Shown here: piece by piece, positions 50,829-60,896 of the stretch
Layout: every line of letters starts with the position of its first letter
Numbering within the stretch: position 1 is the first letter of the stretch
Assembly (NCBI GenBank): GCA_965224085.1
Contig: CBDCYI010000004.1
Location: 1,568,001 to 1,632,000 of the forward strand
Direction: 5' to 3'
Length of the DNA: 64,000 bases
Source: Candidatus Marinacidobacterales bacterium
GTDB lineage: Bacteria; Acidobacteriota; Vicinamibacteria; Marinacidobacterales; SMYC01
Notes under the pieces: generated by a model
Seen by the model: only the letters and a program-made list of their open reading frames with translations
Databases searched by the model: none
Told to the model about the DNA's origin: nothing
Made by a program: the position numbers and the translations under genes

Positions 50829-51817
50829 CCGGTCCACTGAGACTTGCCGTGCTCGGTCTTGGAAAGGCCGGGCTCCGTCACCTGGAAGCGGCTCGGGCCT
50901 CGGAGGTGGTCGAGCTCGTCGCGGCGGCAGATAATTCGGCTGAGGTTCGAGCCCGCATCGAGAAAGAAACGAACTGTCCGGTTGTGGAGAACCTCGACAA
51001 GCTACTAACCGAAAACCCCCAAGCCGTTGTCGTTGCGCTTCCGCATGGTTCTCTTGTCGATGCAGCGCTGCGAGTATGTGAAGCGGGGCTCCATCTGCTG
51101 CTGGAAAAGCCAATGGCGAACAGCTCGGCCCAGGCACGCCTCGTCGTGCAAGCCGCTGAAGCAGCGAAGGTCGAACTGATGGTCAACTACAACCACCGGT
51201 TTCGCGAGGAATATCAAATCGCAAAACGATTGGTTGCGGACGGGCGAATCGGCCGGCCGTGCTTGCTGGTCGAGCAGATGTTCGCGGCACCGGGGCCGCT
51301 TCCGGAGTGGGTGTGGGATCCGAAGGTGGCCGGTGGCGGGATGATGACCTACAGCGGGTCACATATCCTAGATCATCTTATTTGGCTGGCTGATCAGCGC
51401 GTGGAATCTGTTGTGGCGAGTACGGCAAACTTCCACTATTCAAAACAGCTCGAAGACACGACCGTCGCGACGCTTCGCTTCATCGACGGAAGCATCGGAT
51501 CCATCGTGCAGCACAAGTCGGCAATCCCACACAATCTCCCGCGATGGGAAACGCGGATTCACGGGACGGAAGGTGTCCTGCGAGTCGTGGCCGGCCGAGG
51601 TGTCTATGTTTCCGGCCCGAATGGCGATGAGCGTTTCCGTACTGGGGAAGACCATCGTTTTATCACTGCCCTTTCGGAGCTCGCGGGTGCATTGCGCGAG
51701 AAACGAGCCCCCCAACCCGACGGGCACTCCGCTGTTCGAGTACTGGCCTGCTTGGAGGCTCTTTACCGATCCGCACGCGAACGCAAATGGGTGACGGTTG
51801 AAACCTCTAGTGCTTAA
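50825..51817 (+). CDS. Gfo/Idh/MocA oxidoreductase
   Basis: LAVLGLGKAG, LLEKPMA, GGGMMTYSGSHILD; GTG start overlaps the upstream stop. Confidence 0.9.
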   Translation: MTGPLRLAVLGLGKAGLRHLEAARASEVVELVAAADNSAEVRARIEKETNCPVVENLDKLLTENPQAVVVALPHGSLVDAALRVCEAGLHLLLEKPMANSSAQARLVVQAAEAAKVELMVNYNHRFREEYQIAKRLVADGRIGRPCLLVEQMFAAPGPLPEWVWDPKVAGGGMMTYSGSHILDHLIWLADQRVESVVASTANFHYSKQLEDTTVATLRFIDGSIGSIVQHKSAIPHNLPRWETRIHGTEGVLRVVAGRGVYVSGPNGDERFRTGEDHRFITALSELAGALREKRAPQPDGHSAVRVLACLEALYRSARERKWVTVETSSA

Positions 51818-52041
51818 TGCTAGCTCTTCTTTCGTTATGGCTGAGCTCGCCGGGCCTTCGTCGGCGCGTTCCGCGTTCCGCGTTCATCAGTGGGCCGCAG
51901 TTTTTGCAAATCAACGGGTCGGTTTTGGACACGGCGGATCCAGTTGGCCCATCGCCGGCGAAGGGTTTTACGCTCGGTGGTGTTGAGCTCGTTTTCGTCG
52001 CCTGTGGATCGTTTCTTTCGGGTATGTTTTTCTCTAATGAC

Positions 52042-53049
52042 TCATGCGGCCGCCTCGATCTCGGCGATCAACGCATCGGTCGCTTCTCGCGTGCTCAGCT
52101 TGCCGCCGAGATCCGGGGTCACCGAACCGGCGTCGAGAGCGCGATCGACCGCGCCCTCGACGAGCGCTGCTAGATCTGTACGATCGACATGCTCGAGAGC
52201 CATCGCAAGGGATAGGATCGCAGCCAGCGGATTGGCACGGCCGGTCGACTGGAGGTCGGGTGCGCTGCCATGAACCGGCTCGAACAGGCCGGCCCGATCG
52301 CCGATGTTCCCGGAGGCGGCTAGTCCGAGCCCGCCGACCAGCATGCAAGCTTCGTCGCTGAGGATGTCGCCGAACAAGTTCGTGGTCACGATCACGGAGA
52401 AGCGCTCGGGTGCCCGGATCAGCTCCATCGCGCAAGTGTCGACCAGCATGTCTTCGAGCTCGATCTCCGGATAGTGCGTCGCGACCTCTCGGCCGACCCG
52501 CCGAAACAGGCCGCAGGTCTCTCTCAAGACGTTGGCCTTGTGTACGAGGGTGACGCGGCGATCGCCACGGGCTCGACTCAGCTCGAGCGCGTAGCGAACG
52601 ATGCGCTCGGAAGCGCTCCGGGTGATCACACGCTCTGTCACCGCCTCGTCGTGGGAGCTTCGCTCGCGTCCGGCGTAGAGCCCTTCGGTGTTCTCGCGCA
52701 CGATCACCATGTCGATCCCGGGACGAGTACCCGGACGCGATCGAATCGGGCGGACGCTAGCATAGAGCCCCAGCTTCTGTCGCAGGGACAGGATCGGTGA
52801 GCGATAGCCGGCGATGTCCGGCGGAGTCGTGACGGCGCCAAACAGCGTCGCGTCGGCGGTCCGCGCCATCTCGAGGGTCGCCTCCGGCAAAGGGGTTTTG
52901 TACTTCTCGAAGGCCCCCAGCCCGATCTCACCGTAGCAGAGCTCGAACTCGAGCGGACGATGCAGTTTCGCGACCACTTCGAGCACCCGTAGCGCCTCGC
53001 GGGTGACTTCAGCGCCGATCCCGTCGCCGCCGAGAACGGCGAGTCTCAT
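52042..53049 (-). CDS. Isocitrate/isopropylmalate dehydrogenase family (likely homoisocitrate dehydrogenase)
   Basis: GDGIGAEV, RENTEGLY, HKANVL, NLFGDILSD, EPVHGSAPD. Confidence 0.9.
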   Translation of the reverse strand: MRLAVLGGDGIGAEVTREALRVLEVVAKLHRPLEFELCYGEIGLGAFEKYKTPLPEATLEMARTADATLFGAVTTPPDIAGYRSPILSLRQKLGLYASVRPIRSRPGTRPGIDMVIVRENTEGLYAGRERSSHDEAVTERVITRSASERIVRYALELSRARGDRRVTLVHKANVLRETCGLFRRVGREVATHYPEIELEDMLVDTCAMELIRAPERFSVIVTTNLFGDILSDEACMLVGGLGLAASGNIGDRAGLFEPVHGSAPDLQSTGRANPLAAILSLAMALEHVDRTDLAALVEGAVDRALDAGSVTPDLGGKLSTREATDALIAEIEAAA

Positions 53050-53537
53050 TCGAGGTCTTCGATGTCGTGTTCGCGCACGTAGGGGACAATCCCGCCCGCC
53101 TGCACGATCTTTAGCACGAAGGCCGGTAGCGGGCTGGCCTCGAGGGTCTGGCCGTTGGCCCGAACGTGGATCTTGCCGGTGGCCAGATCGACGTCGAGCT
53201 TGGAGCCATCGGCGATGGTGTGAGCCTCGTCGCAGGTCAGAATCGGGAAGCCGACGTTTACCGCATTGCGGAAGAAGATCCTGGCGAAGCTCCGCGCGAT
53301 GACACACTTCACTCCAGAGCCCTTGATCGCGATCGGAGCATGCTCGCGTGACGAGCCGCATCCGAAGTTCTTGCCGGCCACGATGACGTCTCCGGCCACG
53401 ACCGAACCGGCGAAGTCCGGGCGTACCTCGCAGAAGACGTGCTCGGCCAGCTCATGCGGGACGATCGTCAAGTTGTAGCGGCCGGGAATGATCTCGTCGG
53501 TGTTGACATTGTCTTCGAACTTCCAGGCTCTGGCCAT
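53046..53537 (-). CDS. Homoaconitase/isopropylmalate dehydratase small subunit (HacB/LeuD)
   Basis: NTDEIIPGRY, NFGCGSSREHA, SFARIFFRN. Confidence 0.92.
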   Translation of the reverse strand: MARAWKFEDNVNTDEIIPGRYNLTIVPHELAEHVFCEVRPDFAGSVVAGDVIVAGKNFGCGSSREHAPIAIKGSGVKCVIARSFARIFFRNAVNVGFPILTCDEAHTIADGSKLDVDLATGKIHVRANGQTLEASPLPAFVLKIVQAGGIVPYVREHDIEDLE

Positions 53538-53542
53538 TTCTG

Positions 53543-54793
53543 TCACTCCAGGTATTTGCGCGGGTCGGCGATGCGCCCTTCGATCGCGGTCGCCGCCGCT
53601 GCCGCTGGGCTGCCGAGGTAGATCTCGGCCTCGGGGGAGCCCATGCGGCCGACGAAGTTGCGATTCATCGTGGTGAACGCCTTCTCGCCCGGGGCCAGCA
53701 CACCGCCGTGCCGACCGATGCAGGCACCGCATCCACTCGAGGTCACGACGCAGCCCGCATCGTGAAAAACCTGTACGAGTCCCTCGGCGATAATCTGATC
53801 GAGCACGCGCTGCGATGCCGGCGTGATGATGACGCGAGTGTGCTTCGCCACCTTCTTGCCCTCGAGGATCCGGGCAGCGAGCGCCAGGTCTTCGTAGCGG
53901 GCGTTGGTGCAGGTGCCGATGAAGACCTGGTCGATCGCCATTCCCAGAAGCTCCGACAGCGGCTTCACTCGATCGACCCGCGGGTGGCAGGCGACTTGCG
54001 GCTCCAGCTCGGCAACGTCGATCGCAACTTCCTGTCGATAGGACGGTTGCCGTGCGCGCAGGCTCGGGAAGGGGCCGCGTGCCTCGGTCTGCGACTCGAG
54101 GAACTCGATCGTCGTGTCGTCCGCTCCGATTAGCCCGCATTTCGCACCGAGCTCGGTCGACATGTTGGCGAAGATGATCCGCTCGTGCATCGGTAGGCGC
54201 TCGATGAGCGGACCGGAATACTCCACTGCGGCGTAGGTGGCGCCATCCATACCGAGGACGCGCGCCGTCTCGAGCATCACGTCTTTGGCGAAGACTCCCG
54301 GCGCCAGGGAGCCGCTCAGTCGTACGTGGATCGTTTCCGGAATACGGAACCAGGTTTTGCCGGTCGCCCAGGCGACGCCGATCTCGGTCGAGCCGAAGCC
54401 GGCGGCAAAACAGCCGAAAGCGCCGTAGGTGTTGGTGTGCGAGTCGGCGCCGATGATGATCCGGCCGGGCGCGACGAACCCCTCCTCGATCATCACCTGG
54501 TGGCAGATGCCGCGATGAAAGAAGTTCTCGAGCGCGTGCTCACGAATGAAATCGAGCGCGCGACGCTGGTTGATGGCGGCAGCGATGTTCGGCGCCGGGT
54601 AGGCGTGATCGAAGTGGATCACGATCCGGTCGGGGTGCTTGATCGGCTTGCCGATTTTCCGCCAGGCCTCGATCGCGAGCGGGGTCGTGTTGTCGTGGCT
54701 CATGATCGAGTCGACCTCGGCGATCACGATGTCGCCGGCGGCGACACGGCGCTCGAGGCGGTGCGAGAAGATTTCTTCGACCAGGGTTCCCAT
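53543..54793 (-). CDS. Homoaconitase/isopropylmalate dehydratase large subunit (HacA/LeuC)
   Basis: GICHQV, GADSHT, IGTCTN, CGACIG, NRNFVGRMG. Confidence 0.92.
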   Translation of the reverse strand: MGTLVEEIFSHRLERRVAAGDIVIAEVDSIMSHDNTTPLAIEAWRKIGKPIKHPDRIVIHFDHAYPAPNIAAAINQRRALDFIREHALENFFHRGICHQVMIEEGFVAPGRIIIGADSHTNTYGAFGCFAAGFGSTEIGVAWATGKTWFRIPETIHVRLSGSLAPGVFAKDVMLETARVLGMDGATYAAVEYSGPLIERLPMHERIIFANMSTELGAKCGLIGADDTTIEFLESQTEARGPFPSLRARQPSYRQEVAIDVAELEPQVACHPRVDRVKPLSELLGMAIDQVFIGTCTNARYEDLALAARILEGKKVAKHTRVIITPASQRVLDQIIAEGLVQVFHDAGCVVTSSGCGACIGRHGGVLAPGEKAFTTMNRNFVGRMGSPEAEIYLGSPAAAAATAIEGRIADPRKYLE

Positions 54794-55974
54794 CAGCCAG
54801 CCTCCGCCTGACGGTCGCTCGCCGCTTGCTCCCGAGAGGTGAGAAACGAAACCAGCTGCTCCAGTTCGCGCAGGCTGACGGTTCGTCCCTTCCGGCCGAT
54901 CAATTTTACGTCGGCCAGGAGCCTTTCCCGTGTTTCCCAATCGAGCTCGGTCATCCCGATTTGGCGGAGCCCGTGATCGATCGAGGCGCTGCCGGACATG
55001 TGGTCGAGACAGATATCCGAGGACCGCCCGAACAGCGTCGGATCCAGGCTCTGGTAATGAAGAGGATTGCGCAGCGCCGCCTGGGTATGGACGCCGGCGC
55101 AATGTGTGAAGGCGTTGGCGCCGACCACGGGATGATTGACCGGGATCGGGACGCCGGCGTAGCGACTGACCAGCTCATACAGCTCCGGGAGAAGCTCTGG
55201 TCGCCAGTCGGCTCGAAGCCCAAGATCCGAGATCAGCACGGCGATCAACGACGCCATGTCGACGATGCCGGCCCTCTCTCCCAGACCGAGGACCGAAACG
55301 TCGACGATGTCGGCGCCGGCCCGGACCGCATCGAGTGCGTTGGCCAGCGCAAGGCCGCGATCGTTGTGGCAGTGGACCGCAATCAGGGGCTCCAGTCCTT
55401 GGCTCGCGAGACTCCGCTTCATCCAGTCCACGTAGGTGAACATGCTGTTTTCGGTGCCGGAAACCATCGAGCCGGTGGTGTCGGCGATGCTGATGATGTC
55501 GGCGCCTGCGCGAACCGCAGCGATCGCCGCTGTGATCACGTTTGCCGGCTCGGAGCGAACCGTGTCCTCGGGGGTGTACCGGATCAGGAGGTCGGGGTTT
55601 TCCCCTTTGGCGTAAGCGATCGAGTCGGCGATCGCGGCGACCGCCTCGGTTAGATCCTTGCGAAAGACGCCATCGAGCCGGCTCTGGGAGACGCAGTAGA
55701 AGATGCCGAGCATATCGGCGCCACAGTCGAGGGCGAGGTCGATGTCCTCGCGAACAGAGCGCGCATGCGCCGCGATCTTTGCCCTCAGTCCGGCGGAGCT
55801 GAGCTTGCGCACGCCCTCGGCGACCTCGTCCCCCACTTTCGGGTGGCCTGCCTCGATAAATTCGATGCCGACCTCATCGAGCAGCTGGGCGATCGCGAGC
55901 TTGATGTGCGGGTCGAAGTAGACCCCGGGTGTCTGTTCCCCCTCACGCAGGGTGGAGTCGAGCAGCCTAACCAT
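54793..55974 (-). CDS. Homocitrate synthase / LeuA-family Claisen enzyme without regulatory domain
   Basis: DSTLREGEQ, HCHNDRG, GLGERAG, FTHCAGVH. Confidence 0.85.
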   Translation of the reverse strand: MVRLLDSTLREGEQTPGVYFDPHIKLAIAQLLDEVGIEFIEAGHPKVGDEVAEGVRKLSSAGLRAKIAAHARSVREDIDLALDCGADMLGIFYCVSQSRLDGVFRKDLTEAVAAIADSIAYAKGENPDLLIRYTPEDTVRSEPANVITAAIAAVRAGADIISIADTTGSMVSGTENSMFTYVDWMKRSLASQGLEPLIAVHCHNDRGLALANALDAVRAGADIVDVSVLGLGERAGIVDMASLIAVLISDLGLRADWRPELLPELYELVSRYAGVPIPVNHPVVGANAFTHCAGVHTQAALRNPLHYQSLDPTLFGRSSDICLDHMSGSASIDHGLRQIGMTELDWETRERLLADVKLIGRKGRTVSLRELEQLVSFLTSREQAASDRQAEAG

Positions 55975-56054
55975 TCCTTTTGCCTCCGGGCAGCGCCGGT
56001 ATTGGAAGTATCGCGAAAAAGGTACGCTATCATAAGGAACACACGTATAGTATA

Positions 56055-56363
56055 TGCCTTGGTGCACAACTCCGATAGAGGCCGAGAGTTCGCTTGGCCC
56101 CGACTCCCATCATCCGATCATCTCGCTATCAGGCATCCCGAGCGCCGTCATGGTGTTGAGAATCTTGCACCCGATCCTTGCCTCGACTCTCTGTGCCGCC
56201 AACCCTCTCGCTCGCATCGCTGAGCCCACGATAGCCTTGTAGCGATGGAACGTTGTCTCGACTTAGATGACCGCGCTCGGCATGCCCGATACTTACTGCG
56301 CCGGGTGACTCTCCGACCGGCACAGGGAGGTCAGCGATTTGCTCCGGGCCGTGCAACAACGCC
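56055..56363. mobile_element. Two IS5-family right-end fragments fused back to back
   Basis: 56055-56264 is the reverse complement of the 26063-27149 right end; 56265-56363 encodes MTALGMPDTYCAG* and ends GTGCAACAACGCC. Confidence 0.8.
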
Positions 56364-56466
56364 CCTCGGCTTCGCGGAAGCGCCCAGCTTCCATAGCAGC
56401 CACCCCACGCGTCATGGCCTCGTCATAGGACTGAAGAACGAGCCAGAGGGTGAGCAGCCACTTCAT
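56364..56466 (-). pseudogene. N-terminus of a secreted TPR-like protein cut by an IS end
   Basis: MKWLLTLWLVLQSYDEAMTRGVAAMEAGRFREAE. Confidence 0.5.
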
Positions 56467-56517
56467 CGCGAAAGTCTACTACACACCTCCGGGCTGAAGG
56501 AGCGGAACGACCTCTTG

Positions 56518-56985
56518 TTATTGCGGCATGACGCCGACGGGGAGAACGAGCTGGATGCTCCAACGCGCGTCTTCGCGGCGGTCGAGCCGCACCAGCGACG
56601 CTGCATGAAAAACGACCAAGGGCATGCTTTCGTCTTGAGCCAAAAGAGCGCCCGCGATCCGGTTCAAGTATGGCAGATGGCCCACAACCATCACGTTTTG
56701 CTGCAAGCCCGCAGCCTCGCGGCGCAGAGGATTGATGTCGTCATCGGGTCCAATACCGCTCACCGGGCGCCGAGGACATTGAAGGATTGTTTCGAACTCC
56801 TGCGCGGTTTGCACCGCACGCAGCTTTTCGGAGTGTCGTATTTCGGCGACCCGTACCCCGAGGCGTGCGGCGAAAGTGGCGCATCGCCTCACGTTAGCGA
56901 GACCGGCTTCGGTGAGCGGTGGCCCGGCATCCGCGTCTCCCAAATTGGGATCCACATCGCCGTGTCGAACCAGGTACAGCTCCAT
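56518..56985 (-). CDS. sixA: Phosphohistidine phosphatase SixA
   Basis: LYLVRHG, HSEKLRAVQTA, VVGHLP. Confidence 0.88.
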   Translation of the reverse strand: MELYLVRHGDVDPNLGDADAGPPLTEAGLANVRRCATFAARLGVRVAEIRHSEKLRAVQTAQEFETILQCPRRPVSGIGPDDDINPLRREAAGLQQNVMVVGHLPYLNRIAGALLAQDESMPLVVFHAASLVRLDRREDARWSIQLVLPVGVMPQ

Positions 56986-57126
56986 GAACGCTCCTCTTTT
57001 GTTGGGTTTCTCAGGATCTTTGTAGCTCGAAACGAGATTAGTCGCGATGAAATCTAATTCTACCCGGTATCTTGCCAGCTTTCTAGCCACCTCTGTGCTA
57101 GGCTTTTCGGCTTTCAGGAGGTCTTA

Positions 57127-58833
57127 TTGCCCGAGAACAAGATTGCCTATTTCTCGATGGAGATTGGGCTCAGCGCGGATATGGCGACCTATTCCGGCGG
57201 GCTGGGGGTGCTCGCCGGAGATACGCTTCGCGCCGCCGCGGATTGGGGGCTGCCGCTCGTCGCGGTCACACTCGTCCATCGGAACGGATATTTTCGCCAG
57301 CATCTGGACGACGGAGGTGCACAGACGGAGTCGCACGATAGCTGGAATGTGGCGGATCGGCTACGGGAGATGGATCCGCGAGTGGACGTCGAGATCGAAG
57401 GAAAGACCGTCACGCTCCGAGCTTGGCTCGAAGAAATCGTGGGGGTTTCCGGACAGAAAGTGGCGGTTTACTTCCTCGACAGCGACGTCGAAGAGAACGA
57501 CCCCGCGAGCCGGACTCTAACGGACCGGCTCTACGGCGGCGACGAGCGTTACCGTCTATCTCAGGAAGTCGTGCTCGGCGTCGGCGGCGTGCGCATGCTG
57601 CAGGCGCTCGGACATCACGCGCTCGAGACCTATCACATGAACGAAGGGCACTCCGCTTTGCTCACGCTCGAGCTCATGCGGAGAACAGCTTTCGATGAGG
57701 GACGCGAGGAGCTGTCCGAGGCGGACATCTCCCGGGTCCGCGAACGATGCGTCTTCACCACCCATACGCCGGTCGCCGCTGGCCACGATCGTTTCCCGGT
57801 CGCGCTCGTGAGGAGTGTGCTCGGCGACGCGACGTGGAAGCGACTCGAAGGTCTCTATGAGCCAGGCGAGTTCAACATGGCTGAGCTCAACATGGCTGAG
57901 CTCAACATGACCGAGCTCGCTCTCCGTCACAGCCGCTACGTCAACAGCGTCGCGCGGCGCCACGGCGATATCACTCGAAACATGTTCGACGGTTACGACG
58001 TCCGAGCGATTACGAATGGCGTTCACGCCGCGACCTGGACCTCGGCGCCGCTGCAAGAGCTCTTCGATCGGCATGTCCCGGGTTGGTGCGAGAACAATCA
58101 AAGCCTTCGCTACATGACCTACACGCCGCTCGAGGAGATCGAAACGGCGCATCGCGCCGCGAAGAAGAACTTGATCGATTATGTCGAGGCGGCGAACGGT
58201 ATTCGCTTGAACGAAGAGACCTTTACTATCGGTTTTGCGCGGCGCGCGGCCGCCTACAAGCGCGCGGATTTGCTCTTCGAGGACATCGAGCGGCTGAAAG
58301 CCATCGCCTCGAAGTCTGGCCCGATTCAAATCGTCTATGCAGGCAAAGCGCATCCTCACGACGAGCCGGGCAAAGAGATCATCCGACGCATCGTTGAAGC
58401 CGGTAAGAACCTCGGGGAGCACGTCATGCTCGTCTATCTCGCGAACTACGGCATCGAGCTCGGTGGTCTCATGACCTCGGGATGCGATCTCTGGCTGAAC
58501 ACGCCCGAGCCTCCAAAAGAAGCCTCGGGGACGAGCGGGATGAAGGCCGCGCTCAACGGTGTCCCGAGCTTGAGTATTCTCGACGGCTGGTGGGTCGAGG
58601 GCCATGTTGAAGGCGTCACGGGATGGTCCATCGGCGATGCCCATCCCGACCGCACCCGTGATGCGAACGAGCTCTACGACAAGCTCGAGACCAAGATTCT
58701 GCCGCTTTACTACGACGATCGCGATGGCTATAGCGGTGTCCGCCGCTACGCGATCTCGCTCAACGGATCGTTCTTCAACACCGAGCGCATGCTAAGCGAA
58801 TATTCGCGGCAGGCCTATCGTCACTCTGAATGA
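57127..58833 (+). CDS. glgP: Alpha-glucan (glycogen) phosphorylase
   Basis: AYFSMEIG, YSGGLGVLAGD, HMNEGH, EASGTSGMKA. Confidence 0.95.
   Translation: MPENKIAYFSMEIGLSADMATYSGGLGVLAGDTLRAAADWGLPLVAVTLVHRNGYFRQHLDDGGAQTESHDSWNVADRLREMDPRVDVEIEGKTVTLRAWLEEIVGVSGQKVAVYFLDSDVEENDPASRTLTDRLYGGDERYRLSQEVVLGVGGVRMLQALGHHALETYHMNEGHSALLTLELMRRTAFDEGREELSEADISRVRERCVFTTHTPVAAGHDRFPVALVRSVLGDATWKRLEGLYEPGEFNMAELNMAELNMTELALRHSRYVNSVARRHGDITRNMFDGYDVRAITNGVHAATWTSAPLQELFDRHVPGWCENNQSLRYMTYTPLEEIETAHRAAKKNLIDYVEAANGIRLNEETFTIGFARRAAAYKRADLLFEDIERLKAIASKSGPIQIVYAGKAHPHDEPGKEIIRRIVEAGKNLGEHVMLVYLANYGIELGGLMTSGCDLWLNTPEPPKEASGTSGMKAALNGVPSLSILDGWWVEGHVEGVTGWSIGDAHPDRTRDANELYDKLETKILPLYYDDRDGYSGVRRYAISLNGSFFNTERMLSEYSRQAYRHSE
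57868..57918 (+). repeat. In-frame 15-bp tandem repeat (x3) in glgP
   Basis: gagttcaacatggct gagctcaacatggct gagctcaacatgacc gagctc, encoding NMAEL NMAEL NMTEL. Confidence 0.9.
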
Positions 58834-58972
58834 AATGACAGTAATTCCCACAGGAGTGCTCATCGACGAGCTCAGAGAGATTGCGGTGAGGGTGAGTCAG
58901 ATGTTCGTGGCGGACGTTTGGCCTACGACGCTTGAGACACCCTGTGGTCCCCGAACTGATAAGCTGAAGAAC

Positions 58973-60301
58973 ATGTCGGACTCGCCGGTGCCTCCTCTCG
59001 AGCTTCACATTCGATCGCCGGAGATCACGCTCAAAGGAAGGAATCAACGTGACTTCTGGGCTCAGCTGCGCGGGAACATTCGCCATACGCTCCGTAGCGA
59101 AGGCATCTCCTGGCCGATCCAGCGTCGACAAGGACGTCTCTACGTGGAGGCGCGAGATTACACCGAGGCGTCTCTGACATCCGTTGTGAGAACGATCGAT
59201 CGGGTATGCGGAGTCCATTCTGTAGCCGTGGCTCAACGGCTCGCCCGCGACGAGCTCCTACGTGCTGGCGAGATGGACCGCCCCCGGGTCGAGTCGATTG
59301 TCGTCCGACTCGCGCGTGAGAGCTATCGCGCTCAAAAGACTTTTGCCGTGCGTGTGCATCGAGTCGACAAGAATTTCTCGCTGCCGTCGGCCGAGATGGA
59401 GCGCTGGCTAGGACAAGTGGTTCGGGATCGCACCGAATGGGAACGAGTGCGGCTCGACGATCCGGATGTGACGATCCATGTCGACATCTACACCGACGCG
59501 GTTTTCTTCTACACCGAGCGGCCGACAGGAGTCGGCGGGCTCCCGGTGGCTTCGAGCGGCCACGTGATGAGCTTGCTCTCGGGCGGGATCGATTCCCCGG
59601 TCGCATCGTTCCTGATGGCTCGGCGAGGCTGCACCGTCGACTTCTTTCACATGAGCGCGACCCACATGACGGAGGGGCAGCTCGAAAGCTCAGTCCCGGG
59701 ACGTCTCGCGCGCCAGCTCAGCCGCTTCACGCTGCGCTCGCGCCTCTTCGTCGTGCCCTATACGCATTTCGATCTCGCGCTCAGCGGGCGTAACACAGGG
59801 TACGAAACCGTACTCTTTCGCCGCTTCCTCTTCCGGGTCGCCGAGGCGCTAGCGAGAAAAGTGCGCGCGATCGCTATAGTGACGGGGGATAGCCTTTCTC
59901 AAGTCGCCTCTCAGACGATCGAAAATCTCGTCTCCAGCGAAAAAGCCGTCGACATCTGCGTGCTACGTCCACTCTTGGCCATGGACAAACAAGCGATCAT
60001 GAGCGTTGCGGAGCAAATCGAGACCTACGCGATCTCCATCGAGCCCTACAAAGATTGCTGCGCGCTCTTTACCCGGCGCACGCGAACGAAGACCTATGCC
60101 GAAGCCCTGGCTCGATTGGAGACGAAACTGTTCCCGGATTATGAGGCGTTGATCGGGTCCTCTCTCGCCGATACTCTTCGCGCGCAATATGACTGCGGCA
60201 AGCTTCTCTCGATCAAGCGCGGTGTCGCCGGCGGGTGCGAAGCGCTCCAACCGGAAGCCGCGATGGAGGTGACACGGCTCGACAGTGTGTCTCGGAGCTG
60301 A
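58973..60301 (+). CDS. thiI: tRNA 4-thiouridine synthase ThiI (no rhodanese domain)
   Basis: EITLKGRN, THUMP domain, LLSGGIDSPVA, GDSLSQVASQT, PYKDCC. Confidence 0.93.
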   Translation: MSDSPVPPLELHIRSPEITLKGRNQRDFWAQLRGNIRHTLRSEGISWPIQRRQGRLYVEARDYTEASLTSVVRTIDRVCGVHSVAVAQRLARDELLRAGEMDRPRVESIVVRLARESYRAQKTFAVRVHRVDKNFSLPSAEMERWLGQVVRDRTEWERVRLDDPDVTIHVDIYTDAVFFYTERPTGVGGLPVASSGHVMSLLSGGIDSPVASFLMARRGCTVDFFHMSATHMTEGQLESSVPGRLARQLSRFTLRSRLFVVPYTHFDLALSGRNTGYETVLFRRFLFRVAEALARKVRAIAIVTGDSLSQVASQTIENLVSSEKAVDICVLRPLLAMDKQAIMSVAEQIETYAISIEPYKDCCALFTRRTRTKTYAEALARLETKLFPDYEALIGSSLADTLRAQYDCGKLLSIKRGVAGGCEALQPEAAMEVTRLDSVSRS

Positions 60302-60335
60302 CATCGCCGCTCGAAACCGGAGATAATGGCCGGCG

Positions 60336-60896
60336 ATGTCGCTTCTAGGATTCTGCCAATTGCTGGCGGAGACGCCGTGGAGCATTGCGCTTCACGAATC
60401 GCTCTGGGTTTATCCCCTCGTCGAGTCGACTCATGTGTGGGCGCTCGCTCTGTTCTTCGGCTTCGCTGTGATTCTGGATTTCCGGCTTTTGGGCTTTGCT
60501 TTGCGACAGGTCCCGGTCTCGGAAGTCGCGAAAAAACTCTTGCCTTGGACTATCGCGGGTTTCATCGTGATGGTCATTACCGGCGGGCTCCTGTTCTACG
60601 CGATCCCCGTCCGGACCTACCAGAGCATTTTCTTTCGGGTGAAAGTGATCCTGCTCATCTTGGCCGGCATCAACGTGTGGGTGTTTCACGGGACGATTTG
60701 GCGTCGCGTCGCCGAGTGGGATCGCGACGCAGTGACGCCGAAAAGCGCGAGATTTGCGGGCGCGGCCTCGCTCGTTCTCTGGATGTGTATCATTTTCGCG
60801 GGGCGCATGATCGCCTATAACTGGTTCGACTGCGATCGGCAGCCGCAGCCTGCGATCGTCAACTGGGCGGCCGGATGCGTCGTGGAGCTCGAGTGA
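60336..60896 (+). CDS. DUF6644-like membrane protein
   Basis: ESLWVYPLVESTH, DFRLLG, FRVKV, GRMIAY. Confidence 0.8.
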   Translation: MSLLGFCQLLAETPWSIALHESLWVYPLVESTHVWALALFFGFAVILDFRLLGFALRQVPVSEVAKKLLPWTIAGFIVMVITGGLLFYAIPVRTYQSIFFRVKVILLILAGINVWVFHGTIWRRVAEWDRDAVTPKSARFAGAASLVLWMCIIFAGRMIAYNWFDCDRQPQPAIVNWAAGCVVELE

